DNA of 63,902 nt, filler included, from Chrysochromulina tobinii (taxonomy: Eukaryota), in NCBI GenBank assembly GCA_001275005.1. It is 9 parts of 9 records of this genome, joined end to end, with 100 filler letters (N's around TTAATTAATTAA, not from the genome) between each part and the next. Parts side by side here need not be neighbours in the genome. Positions count along the whole stretch, not along the records: positions 28,156 to 48,475 come from JWZX01000581.1; 8 more parts are not named here. One strand, 5' to 3'. Shown piece by piece: positions 34,669 to 45,460 of this stretch. The notes under the pieces were generated by a model, which saw only the letters and a list, made by a program, of their open reading frames with translations, searched no databases and had not been told where the DNA came from. Position 1 is the first letter of the stretch, and each line of letters starts with the position of its first letter. A program made the position numbers and the translations under genes.

Positions 34669-36789
34669 TCATATGCGCAAGACGACATCTTCGTCCTGCT
34701 CCGGACCATCGCCTGCTGAGGATAGCCTCGCTGTCGAGTTCCTGTGGATGGAGGCGAGGCTTGTTGGCGAGAGACTCGTGTCGAAGGCCCCCAGCGCCGT
34801 CACGGGCGCCCGATCCGGAGGGGTGGTCGGCGGGTCGAGGTTCAACCAACGCCCTCCCTCCAGTGGCATCAACTGGGGGGCGTATTGGTGCGGGCTGACA
34901 GCGCCCGTGCCCCGACGCTCTGCCTCTAACCGTGCTGCCGCCACCACCTCCAACCGTTCTGCCTCTAACCGTTCCAAGGCGACTCGCAGCCGCTCTTTCG
35001 CCACCAGGCGCTCCGCCTCCACCTCCTCCAACGTCCCGTCCAGGCTAAGCGCACCCGACCCGTCCGACCCCTCGAAGCCCTCGTGGCCATTTGGCGCCAT
35101 CGAGGGCGGCATCGAGGGCTGCGTAGGGGCGCGCCTCCGCGGCGACGTCGGGGTACATACCTGATGGTGCACTTTGCTTGTGCTGCCACCAGCCTCGTCG
35201 ATCCGTTTTCGGAGATCGAGTGTGGAGATCGGGACCGCGTGGAGACCGGGTGTGGATTCCGTTGGCCGCACCGAGCGCGACCACTCGAGGACATCGTTCT
35301 CTGTCGATAAATTGAGGGCCTCATTCAGCGGCAAGTCGGATCGAATGGAGGAGTGCGCGAGTGGCGTTGGCTGCGGCGTCAAGGTTGGCGGGGCTGCAGG
35401 AGCCGGCGAGTGTGCCGCCTGCATCTGTGCCTGCCGCAGCTGCTCCTCCAACTCAACCACGCGCGCCTCGGCCTTGGCAAGCCGCGCCGCTGCCTTCGCT
35501 TGGCTTGCCGGTGTGCCGCCGGCCTCGAGCACCTCGACGCGGCACGCGAGCTGCTCCGCCAGCACGGTGGTCGACCGCAGAAGCTGCTGAAGATCGCGGG
35601 TCTCTTTGTCCAGCTCTGCTATGCGGCTTGCCAATGCCGCCGCATGAGCCTCGGAGGCGCTCAGCTTGGCGCTCAGCTTGGCCTCGAGGCTGTCGTTGTC
35701 GTCGGCTGGCGCCTCTGACGCCAGCGTTGGCGGCGGCACGGGCGTTGATGAAAGCACGGGCGAAAGCGCTGACGGCGGCAGCCGCGGCATCTCTTCTTCG
35801 TCCGTGTCGGGCTCAGTGTCGGGCTCAGAGGGCTCATTGAAGTCATCACCACCCAGCGAGACCGCGGCACTTATCGTTCGGGTAGCAGCGGGCACCGCCG
35901 GATCTTGCGCCTTTGCCTTCTCTGCATCCGTAGCACAGCGCTCCGCTTCTGCCAGCATGGCTTCTCTCGCACTCGCACTCCGCTCGGCTGCGGCGAGCTG
36001 CGCTCGCAGCTCGTCCACTTGCTTGGCCAGGCTTGCATGCGCACTGTCTGCATGGGCAATCGCACCATGATGGGCAATCGCGCCATGATGGGCGCCGTCC
36101 GCAGCAGTCGCAGGAGTCGCAGCAGCAGCGACCGCACGCAAGGTGCCGTTGCCGTTGCCGTTGCCGCTGCCGCTGATAGGCTTAGTGCTCCCGGATGCAC
36201 CCTTGCGCATGAAACCCCAACTCGGGACTCGCTCCCGCCCCGGGGCCATCAAGGTTGTTGCGAGCCAATCGAAACCCCTTTCTATGCCTGTGCCATCAAG
36301 AGCGATGGTGCCCTGTACGTGCCACTGTAGAAGCCCCAACTCGGCCAACCCCACCCTTTTCGCAATCTCTTGGGGCGACAGCGCATTCGGCTGGTCCTGC
36401 TTGTTCGCGAGCAGCAGCACGGCTGTGCTCGAGAGATCGACGCTCGTAAACAACTTCTCAAACTCACGCCTTGCCTCGGGAATTCGTTGCAGGTCAGTGG
36501 AGTCGACGACAATGAGAAGTCCGTTGGTCGCCCGGCAGTACTGTGGCCAAAGTTCGCGCATTTTATGCTGTCCACCGACGTCGAAATACGTGATGTGAAG
36601 TACATCGCGGCCAACGTGGTGTACCACCGTGGTCATCAAGAAACCGATTGTCGGCATAGGAGACTTGTCATCCACCGTGCGTCCGCGCCGATTGAGGTAG
36701 CGCACCACGGACGTCTTGCCGGCGTTGTTGAGGCCTACGACAACGATCCTCGCCTTGCGCTCGCCTTCCTTTCCTACATAGTAGGCCAT
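34669..36789 (-). CDS. ARF/ARL-family small GTPase fused to a long coiled-coil/low-complexity C-terminus
   Basis: Motifs GLNNAGKT, PTIGF, FDVGGQHKMRELW, VDSTD, LANKQD and GIERGFDWL, followed by ~500 further residues. A small intron at the GTATGT donor at 35160 is possible. Confidence 0.82.
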   Translation of the reverse strand: MAYYVGKEGERKARIVVVGLNNAGKTSVVRYLNRRGRTVDDKSPMPTIGFLMTTVVHHVGRDVLHITYFDVGGQHKMRELWPQYCRATNGLLIVVDSTDLQRIPEARREFEKLFTSVDLSSTAVLLLANKQDQPNALSPQEIAKRVGLAELGLLQWHVQGTIALDGTGIERGFDWLATTLMAPGRERVPSWGFMRKGASGSTKPISGSGNGNGNGTLRAVAAAATPATAADGAHHGAIAHHGAIAHADSAHASLAKQVDELRAQLAAAERSASAREAMLAEAERCATDAEKAKAQDPAVPAATRTISAAVSLGGDDFNEPSEPDTEPDTDEEEMPRLPPSALSPVLSSTPVPPPTLASEAPADDNDSLEAKLSAKLSASEAHAAALASRIAELDKETRDLQQLLRSTTVLAEQLACRVEVLEAGGTPASQAKAAARLAKAEARVVELEEQLRQAQMQAAHSPAPAAPPTLTPQPTPLAHSSIRSDLPLNEALNLSTENDVLEWSRSVRPTESTPGLHAVPISTLDLRKRIDEAGGSTSKVHHQVCTPTSPRRRAPTQPSMPPSMAPNGHEGFEGSDGSGALSLDGTLEEVEAERLVAKERLRVALERLEAERLEVVAAARLEAERRGTGAVSPHQYAPQLMPLEGGRWLNLDPPTTPPDRAPVTALGAFDTSLSPTSLASIHRNSTARLSSAGDGPEQDEDVVLRI

Positions 36790-37201
36790 GAGTGTAACGC
36801 GGAGTGAAAGAGGCGGGTGGAGCGGAGCGCGTGGCGCCGTCCCGGGCAATGCCGTGTGAACATGGGTGTGAATTTGTTCGGCGCGCACCCGCGGCGCCGG
36901 ACGCGCCGCCCGCCGCTTCCCGCCGCGCTTTATACGTTCTTGGCGTATATAGGCCGTAGCTCTCGCGAGTCTCGTGGGAACGCTCGGTACCTCGTGCAGG
37001 ATTCGAACCATTCGTCCGCCGCACACCCCTGCTCTGTGCGCTCCACTGTGAGTGCCGACCTACTTATCCTATACTTCGCCTTCCGGTTCCAGTACAGCTG
37101 TGTTCAATGTATAGGCACGATGCTCGATGGTCGATGCGTGTTAAGGCTTGACCTGACAAGACCTGACACCACCGACGTCGTCTTTCATATCCAAACTCTG
37201 C

Positions 37202-38718
37202 TCACAGCTTCCCACGCAGGGCAGCCTCGAGCTTGAGCGTCTCCGCGACGAACATGTTGATACCTTCTGCCATCTTTGTGGTGGCACACACATCGGCGTT
37301 GAGCGCGAATCGGAACTCGGCTTCGGAGATGTCGCCGTCTCCCACGATGGAATCGGCGCACGCGGCGCTCGCCGCTGCGGGTGTGAGCTGCCGCAGAAGT
37401 GGCTCTTGCGTGGCAGCCAGCTGGTCGAGGATCGATGGCGGGATCGTCACTTCCGACACGAGGATAGGGGGTAGGGTGGGAGGGCGTGCAGAGTCAGCAT
37501 GCAGGCGGAGAAGCACAGGCAGAGAACCGTAGCATGGAATAGGGGCGCGGGGGTTGGATCGCCGTGTTCCCACTGCGGTCGACACCCGCGAGCGCCACGA
37601 TCTCGTCGGTCGCATGCTCCGCGATCTTATCAGCCGGTGTCGAGCGCGATGGCCGCCAGGATGCGGGCATGCAGATGGTATTCTCGTGCCCAAACTTTTT
37701 GTAGTAAGCGTACATGCGGCTGACACTCTTGACGCCCGGGTCCTCCGAGGGTTCGTATGCCTTCTTGCCACCGTTGGCCCCGGCCCAGTCCTTGATGCGG
37801 CCGGGGAAGGGCGAGACTGCCAAGAGAGAGAGAGGGAGACAAAGAGAGAGAGAGGCGATGGATCGGAAAACTGCCTCTAGTACGAAGGGCGCAGAGTGCA
37901 GGGCAATGTACGGCAATGCAGGGCGATGTGCGGGCAATGAACGGCACTGCAGGGCACTGCAGGGCAAATGAACGGCACTGCATGGATATCGATCTCTGAT
38001 TCGGTCTCAGCTCTCAGCTCTCAGGGCAATCGATCTCTGCTTCAGTCTCGAAGGCCGTACTGAGGCGTGCGCCCGCCTGCGCGGCCGCGACCGCCTGGAT
38101 AAAGCCAAAGATCAGGGTGATGTTGCAGGTGATCCCCTCCTTTTCGAGCACTTTGGCCGCCTGGATGCCCTCCCACGTGCCAGCAAGCTTGACAAGCACG
38201 CGAGTGCGAGGCACACCCGCCGCCTCATACATGGCAATGATGCGGCGCGCACGCGCGATCGACTCTTCCGTGTCAAAAGAGGCGCGAATGTCCACCTCGG
38301 TCGACACGTAGCCAGGTACGAGCTTAACGATCTCAAGGCCGAGCTCCACTGCGAGCCTATCCATGGCGAGCTCGAGCACCGCCTCAGTCCCTTTGGCATT
38401 TTTCTTGGCGTAGGCAATCGCGCTGTCCACAAACGCGATATACCGAGCATCTCCGCTCAGGCCAGCCTGTGAGACGAACAGCGGGTTGGTCGTTGCGTCC
38501 GTGATCAAGCCGGTTGCACCGTATGCCTTGATGATGTCCAGGTCTCCCGTGTCGATTGAGAGTGTCGTCATGCGAGCGAGCTGCGCGAGCTGCGACGCCT
38601 CGGGGACAGCGATGGAAGCTGCTGTAGGCGTACCCGCCCGACTGGTGTGAACACCCGCCCGCCCGAGCAGCAGCGCGCCAGTGCTGAAGACCGCGGATAA
38701 ACTCAGAGAGAGATGCAT
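37202..38718 (-). CDS. TAL: Transaldolase with N-terminal presequence (probably plastid-targeted); introns 37817..38060 and 37450..37573
   Basis: Motifs IDTGD, DATTNP, GYVSTEVD, VLVKLAGTWEGIQAA, CNITLIF, ISPFPGRI, EDPGV, MPASWR, AGVDRMTIPP and KMAEGI. Both introns restore the frame. Confidence 0.93.
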
Positions 38719-38926
38719 GGCCGAGAGGCCTTCGGCGACTTCGGAGATAGTGAATCTCCATTCTGTCGAGACAGGACGAGACCGGTGCTCTTGTCGTGTA
38801 CGCAGCTCGGCGACCTCCGAGAAGGAGCAATCCGCAAACTTCTTGTTCCCCTTTTCTCGCTTGCCTTATCGATGACTTCTTTAGTGGGCGGCGGCTGAAC
38901 GAGCCTGGGCCTCGGCTTACCGCACG

Positions 38927-40921
38927 ATGAGCGGCCTGGAGCGGCTCACGCTCACCAACGTCAAAGAATGGCTGCGTGCCAAGGCCATGGAGGCCAGCCT
39001 CGAGCAAGCCTCTAATTTTGCATGGCTACACATGAAGGCGACGGAAGCTGGCTATCACCTGTCAAACGCCTTGAGCAGGCCGATCGGTGACCCGCCGAGT
39101 GTAGCTTTTGGCGGTGTGCCGGTCGTCATGCTGGGTTGCTCGTACGTCCCTGCGCTCACAAGCGGCAACTTGCACGAGCGCGAGGCACGGCTCGTGCATG
39201 ACCTGCGCTCGCGCGTATGGCTTACATACCGGAGCAATTTCCCGCCCATTTCGGGAACGAACCACACGACAGATGCGGGCTGGGGATGTATGTTGCGGTG
39301 CGGCCAGATGATCCTTGCGCAGACACTGCTTGCGCTGCTTGCTGGTCGTGGATGGCGCAGCGACGCTGTGCCTGCGTGGGCTCCGCAGCTTGCGACGGAT
39401 TGCGAGACAGCGCCACCACACCATGATGGCGGCGCAGCGGATACCGCTGCCGCAACAGCAGCAACCGGAAAGGGAGACGCCGTCGCACGTACAGCGGGTA
39501 CCAGCAGGAAGGCAGCGGCATCAGCAGCAGCAGCGGCAGCGGCAGCAGCAGCGGCAACAGCCGCAGGAGCAGCAGCCGCAGGAGCAGCGGCAGGAGCAGC
39601 GGCAAGAGAAGGAGGAGGAGGAGATGGAAAAGGAGGAGGAGGAGGAGGAGTGACAGCGCCAGACAGCGCCTCCGGAGCGTCGTCGGCGCCCATCACGGCG
39701 CCGTGGAGCGAGGCGGCGCTGCTCGCGCTCTTTGCGGATACGCCCGACGCGCCCTTCTCGGTACATCGCATCGCCCTCGAGGGCGGGGTGCTTGGTACCC
39801 CGGCGGGCGGGTGGCACGCGCCGACCACGATCTGCCAGGTGCTTGCCGTGCTCGTTCACCATGCCGTAGACGCGGCCGTGAAGCTGCGCGTCGCCGAGCC
39901 CTTCGGAGCCGCTGTGAATGTGAACGTCGCCGAGCCCTTCGGAGCTGCTGTGAATGTGAACGTCGCCGAGCCCTTCGGAGCTGCTGTGAATGTGAACGTC
40001 GCCGAGCCCTTCGGTGCCGCTGCCGAGCCCGCGGCATTGCGCTCGACAAACCCAGTGACGAGCCCAGTGACGACGACGGGCCCGGCCATCAACCCAGCGG
40101 AGGCGACGACCGCGCACACGGACGGCGACGAGCCGGCGGAGGCCGATGCCGAAGGCGGCGGCCATCCGAAGGCGGTACCGCAGGCGGCCGAGGCTGAGTC
40201 CCCGAGCGGCGAGTGCGACGACACGTCGCTCGAGGCGAAGCTGCTCGAGGCGACGTTGCAGGAGGCGCAGCAGCTACTCGCGCTCGAGGCGGAGGCGGCG
40301 GCTGCCAAGGAGGCCGCCGCGGCCGCCGTCGCCGCGGTGCTGCCCGAGCTCTCGGTGCACGTGGCTATGGACGGGACCCTCTACCGGCAGCACGTCGAGG
40401 AGGCGGCAGGGCGCGGCGGTGGCGGCTCGTGGCGGCCGGTCCTTATCTTCATTCCGCTGCGCCTGGGTCTCGAGAGCCTCAACCCGCAGTATGCGCCTGC
40501 GCTCGCTCGCCTCTTTGGCCTTCCACAGAGCGTCGGTATGATCGGTGGCCGGCCGCGCGCCGCGCACTACTTCGTGGGCAGCACGAGCGCGGGTAAGCTT
40601 CTTTACCTCGACCCGCACACGGTGCAGCCGGCGCTGCGGCGCGAGGCGCCCGAGGTGCGCTCGTGCCACTACACGGCGCCCACTGTGCCCTCGATCCGCA
40701 CGCTCGAGCTCGATCCGTCGCTGGCGCTCGGCTTCCTTTGCCGCTCGCACGCCGACTTGGACAGGTTATGCACCGACTGCGAGGCGCTCTTCGCCACGTG
40801 TCTGCCCCCATTCAGCCTCGCGCACGCCCCGCCCAACTTTGACCTCGTGGGCGAGGGAGGAGCAGGCGCCGACGAAGGCGAGGGCGGCGGCGAGGACGAT
40901 GAGGACATGGTCTTGCTCTGA
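38927..40921 (+). CDS. ATG4: ATG4 cysteine protease (peptidase C54)
   Basis: Motifs VWLTYR, TTDAGWGCMLRCGQMILAQ, APFSVHRI, IPLRLG, PQSVGMIGGRP..AHYFVG, YLDPH and LDPSLALGF, with an acidic C-terminal LIR-like EDDEDMVLL. Confidence 0.94.
   Translation: MSGLERLTLTNVKEWLRAKAMEASLEQASNFAWLHMKATEAGYHLSNALSRPIGDPPSVAFGGVPVVMLGCSYVPALTSGNLHEREARLVHDLRSRVWLTYRSNFPPISGTNHTTDAGWGCMLRCGQMILAQTLLALLAGRGWRSDAVPAWAPQLATDCETAPPHHDGGAADTAAATAATGKGDAVARTAGTSRKAAASAAAAAAAAAAATAAGAAAAGAAAGAAAREGGGGDGKGGGGGGVTAPDSASGASSAPITAPWSEAALLALFADTPDAPFSVHRIALEGGVLGTPAGGWHAPTTICQVLAVLVHHAVDAAVKLRVAEPFGAAVNVNVAEPFGAAVNVNVAEPFGAAVNVNVAEPFGAAAEPAALRSTNPVTSPVTTTGPAINPAEATTAHTDGDEPAEADAEGGGHPKAVPQAAEAESPSGECDDTSLEAKLLEATLQEAQQLLALEAEAAAAKEAAAAAVAAVLPELSVHVAMDGTLYRQHVEEAAGRGGGGSWRPVLIFIPLRLGLESLNPQYAPALARLFGLPQSVGMIGGRPRAAHYFVGSTSAGKLLYLDPHTVQPALRREAPEVRSCHYTAPTVPSIRTLELDPSLALGFLCRSHADLDRLCTDCEALFATCLPPFSLAHAPPNFDLVGEGGAGADEGEGGGEDDEDMVLL
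39889..40014 (+). repeat. 36-nt in-frame tandem repeat x3.5 (VAEPFGAAVNVN) in an ATG4 loop
   Basis: CGTCGCCGAGCCCTTCGGAGC(C/T)GCTGTGAATGTGAA repeated head-to-tail. Confidence 0.9.
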
Positions 40922-41093
40922 AAGAGTGTCGACAGCCGTGCTTGGTCGTGGCGGCAACGCCACGATCGTCGCTTCCTGCGCGTCGCGAGCTTTGCATCTC
41001 GGCCATGATATCGGAAACAAAGTTTTCATTCCACAAGCCGCCGTGCACAGCTCATCGACCAGTTCACAGTTTCTTTTTGTGGACTCGGTGAGC

Positions 41094-42214
41094 ATGGTCA
41101 TCGACCCCGCCACCACCTTTGCCATTGTTGGCTACGCGTCGTGCTCATCATTCATGCTCGTGATCAACAAGGTCGCCGTGCACTTTCTTCCTGCACCAGG
41201 CTTCGTGCTCTTCGCGCAGTGCATGTCCTCGTGGATCGCCGTCAAGCTTGCAGGCTTGCTCGGGCTCATCGACGTTGACGAGCTCGAGTGGCCGAAGGCA
41301 AAGGCCTTCTTCCCCGTTGCGGCAGCCTTCCTCGCGTGCATTTTCGCCAACATCAAGACGCTGCAGTTCGCCAACGTCGAGACGTTCGTCGTCTTCCGTG
41401 CATCAACACCTCTAGTGATCGGCATCGCTGAATGGTGGTTCATGGGCCGTGAGCTGCCCAATGCACGCTCAGCGGCTGCGATGCTCACGCTCTGTGCCGG
41501 CGCGGTCTTCTACGTTCTAACGGACGCCTCCTTCAAGGTGGACCCAGATGTCAGCCTTGGGTACGCGTGGGTCGTCGTCTGGTACGTCATCTTCTCTTTC
41601 GACCAGCTCTACATCAAGCACGCCGTCGACACTGTGAAGATGCGTTCCAACTGGGGACGCGTCTACTACACCAACCTGTGGGCATCGATCCTTCTGTTTT
41701 GGCTCACGCTCGCGACCGAGCCGCAGACTCTCACGGCCATGCAATGGACGTTCAAACCTGTCGCCGCGCTGAGCCTCTCTTGTGCTGCTGGCGTCGCGAT
41801 GTCGTACTTTGCCTTCCTCTGCCGCGCAGCAGTGTCAGCGACTTCATTCACCGTCATCGGCAACGTCTGCAAGGTGCTCGCGCCGCGCAGCACCTGCCGA
41901 GGGAGATTGCCTCACCGCCCTGCTACTCTGGGCGGAGCGCCCACTGCTGTGCACCCTGCGCACAGGTCGTCACAATCCTGATCAACGTGAGCATATGGGA
42001 CAAACACGCCTCCATCGAGGGCCTAGGCGCGCTCTTCCTGTGCCTCGTCGCTGCCGCCGCGTACGAGCAGGCTCCCTTTCGGAGGAAAGAGGCTGCGAGC
42101 GAGAAGGAGCGCATACTCCAAAGCGAGGTGGAGATGGGGCTCGGCAAGGACGATGTCGGCGAATCGGACACCGAACGGGCCGCGTCGAGCCCAGAGCGCG
42201 CGCGTCCTCGCTAG
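41094..42214 (+). CDS. Golgi GDP-sugar transporter (GONST/Vrg4-like nucleotide-sugar transporter); intron 41874..41965
   Basis: Multi-TM protein with YASCSSFMLVINK, LQFANVETFVVFRASTPL, WGRVYYTNL, SATSFTVIGNVCK|VVTILIN and IWDKHAS. Confidence 0.87.
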
Positions 42215-42938
42215 GTCCACACGAAACGATTCACCCAAACCCATGCAACCTCTTCCAGCTGATGCGTCAGTCAGATCTGCGAAGTGCGCACATTTGATGA
42301 CCCGAGCCCGACTCTGAGACTCGCGCATCGGCGGAGCTCTCTGGCGCGTGGCGGCGGGACTGGGTTCTGGAGCCATACCACTCGACCTACGAACCTACCA
42401 CTGGACGGGACGCGACGGAGCGGCCCGCTCCCGCCCCGCCCGGCGGGACCGCCACCCGCGCCGCGGAAAAACGCGAATACAACACTTTTTGCCGTCGATA
42501 TTATAGGTTTGGTGTTAGGTTTGTGTAAATCTTTACTTTTCGTGCGGAGTGCCCGCGGGTCCGCGCCGGGGAGATCAGGTGAATAACCCGATACCCCGTA
42601 TGGCAACTTGACGAACGCGAATGCGACGACGCTCGAGGCCGCGTTATCGGTGCCCGCTCGCAGCGATTGCGAATGCGGCGCAAGAGAGGCGAGCGATCCG
42701 AGACTCGAAGGAAGACGTCCTCGGATCCGTACGCGAGGTAAACGCGAGGTTGATGGATGACGCACCGGCTGATCACCATACCCGAGGTCGCAAATGAACT
42801 TCGAAGAGGGAGTGGGGCTAACCGCCACACCTCAGAGATCGCTGCCGGTATGCGTGCTGATCAGCTGCCAGGGCCTCCGTATGCCTCCGACCCGATCGCG
42901 GACTCGATCTTCGTCTGAAAGCGCTGAGGCGGCTCAGC

Positions 42939-44228
42939 TCAAGCTTCTGGCTCGTTGTCTAAGGAAGTCCACTTATTTGCGGCGGGGTTGGCGTCTGCCT
43001 CGACCTCAAGCTTCTGGTGGACGATGATGGTGATGAAGATGAGCGGCTTGAGTGCAAAGATGCCCAGCCAGAGTGTGGCACCGTAGCTCTCGCCCGAGGT
43101 CATCTTGGAGAAGCTGGGCAGCTCCGCGGCATGGATTGCGTCGAAGAGGATGGAGATGCTCACGAGCACCAGGTAGATGACCATGAAGGTCGGCTCCCTG
43201 CTCGTCAGGTAAAAGTATGCGATGACGATGAGCAGCATGGCCCAGTCGATCTCCTGCACGATGAGCAGCACATACATGATCAGCTGCAGCGTCAGCTCGA
43301 GGTAGAGCGCCTTCCTCGCCGAAGTCCACTTGGCTGCCGAGAAGTCCTCCCACACCCACTGGACAGCGAGTTTGTCCCAAAGCGCGAACACCGAGTTGAC
43401 ACAGAGCGCGCATTGGATGGCGACGAGTACGAAGCACAGGTTGAGCAGGCCGAAGGAGGCTTCGAGCTCCACCGTCCCCCAGCCGAGCGTGTCCGGGATG
43501 TTGGCGCTGTACATGGCCATCGAGGTGAAGATGAAGATGCACAGTGCCACCCAGAAGGTGGACATGATGTACTTTTGGATAGTGTCCGTGACGCCTAGTG
43601 CCTCAATCTGGTCGAACTGGTCTGCCACCCATGGTATGGCCTGCAGCGCGTACAACCCCGTGATCCCCGTTGCGACCAGCCCGAGGAGCAGGCCCCACAA
43701 CAGCAGCTTGGTCGTCAGCGCTCCCGCGGCCTCGAAGCCGCACCACGCAGCGGGGTCTGTGTTCATGCGCAGGTGCGTTGTCGGGTACACGATGGGGTCG
43801 TCGGCTTGCGCACAGAGATCGCTCAGCTTGCATTCACCTCTGCGAGCACGAAGTGGCGACGGAAATCAGCGTGCACACACAGATGGAAGATGGAAGATGA
43901 AACAACGGACAATGGCTGGGCAAGCACACCGACGCTTGCCGCAGAAGAACTCGTTGTCGCGGTGCGGGTTCTCGGCGACGCCAAATGTGACCGAGTCGAG
44001 TGCAAGGTAGGCCGTGAAAGGCTGGCCGTCCTTGAGCGCCGTGCCCTGCACCCACGCATGGTTCGAAATTGCGACAAGCTGAATGAGGTTGATGAGGACA
44101 CCGAGCAGCGCGACGACCAGAAACACCCGGTCGAGACGCTCGAAATTCATATCGTCGAGCGTCCCTTCCGGTAATCCGATCATGCTCGCCGCACGAGCGG
44201 GCGTGGCCACCGGCTTGGATGGCGGCAT
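42939..44228 (-). CDS. Multi-pass membrane protein (claudin-like N-half, AGTRAP-like C-half); intron 43840..43929
   Basis: A 90-nt GTGTGC...CGCAG intron joins the two ORFs (FFCGKRRGECKLSDLC). About 8 hydrophobic segments. The C-half has SISILFDAIH...IFALKP. Confidence 0.65.
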
Positions 44229-45460
44229 GGAACCAGCGCCGTCCGACAGGTGGGCCTCTACTTTTGGCCGATGAGGAGTTCAGTGCGTGAAATCTACTTT
44301 GTGGAGCTGACCTTTCAGTGTTCGTTTGCTCCCAGTCCCGAGGGCCCGGCCTGGATATTGTAAAATGAAATGATGAGGATGGGGATTTGCCTGAGGTTCG
44401 ACAGGTTGCGACTTTGTGCATACCGTCCGTCGGTTTATTGTATCGTTCCCCACAGAGCACGACATCCCACTCAAACGTTGGGCCTTCGCCTGGCTAACGG
44501 TGGAGTGTCAGCCGCCAGGACGCTTCCAGGACGCAAGAGCTCACGCGGACAAAGCACAAATTATACGCAAGGCGGTCGGCGCGGCTTCAGGCTTAAGCCA
44601 CGAGCCGCGAGCTGGGAGCTCTGATTCCGAAAGCAGGCGCCGTTCTGGCGCGCCCATCATTCGCGTACCTGCGACATACAATTACACACCGGCCGCTCCA
44701 ATCCAACCGCGGGGACGTACACACTCACGGTAGACGGCTAGCTTATGTTGTATTACACGACTTCGACAACGTTTCGGTCACACACATCTTGTTCCGGGGA
44801 GATCAGCCAATTGGGTACCGTTGCTCCGTTGGCGCTCTTGCTCAACACACAACTGGGGAACTCCCCCGCCCCTAGCTCACTCCACACTGGTTCCTCTGTG
44901 GCGTCCCCGGCTCACTGGCTCCGCTGTGCGAAACGCCACAGGTGCCCCCACTGACGCATGCCCTTCATCACTCTCCGTCCCAACCCTACCCAATGAATCC
45001 CACCCACAGGCCAATATCAAAATCACGTCACCTCCAACGAGCGGCCAGCCCAGCAGTGGAATGCCCATCGCAAACGCATTCACATCCAGCAAGGGCAGCT
45101 TGTCCTTTTGCGATTTGCAAGGAAAGGCAAGCGAATGTGACTCACAATGCGTCAGATGCGGCAGAAATTCACTGTTCCGATGATGTAGTTGCAACAACTC
45201 GCCGAGAGAGAAATGCCCTATCTCAATCGCTTCAGCGCTCCCACCCTCTCTGCCATTCGTCGACCCAACATGGACGTCGATTACGCATGGACAGCGAGAG
45301 CGCATACGCTGATTGGAGTGCATTCCTTGCTCTCACAGCATCACCTCGAGGTGGTACAGCTACCTTGCATGTGCGCCTTGGCCAACTCACAGCAAAACAC
45401 GAGATCGGGCTCGGCGCATAGAATGCGCCAACCCCGTCCTTTATGCGAACTGTTGCACCA

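Noticed and set aside
39889..40014. 36-nt repeats as a CRISPR array
   Set aside because: They are head-to-tail with no spacers, in frame inside ATG4, with no cas genes and a eukaryotic context.
43930..43945. GC-AG intron donor (GCAAG) in the membrane-protein gene
   Set aside because: A canonical GT donor at 43929 with a CAG acceptor already restores the frame.
44740..45460. Lower-GC stretch with several short ORFs as a gene or TE
   Set aside because: No recognisable motif, codon bias or termini in any frame I examined.
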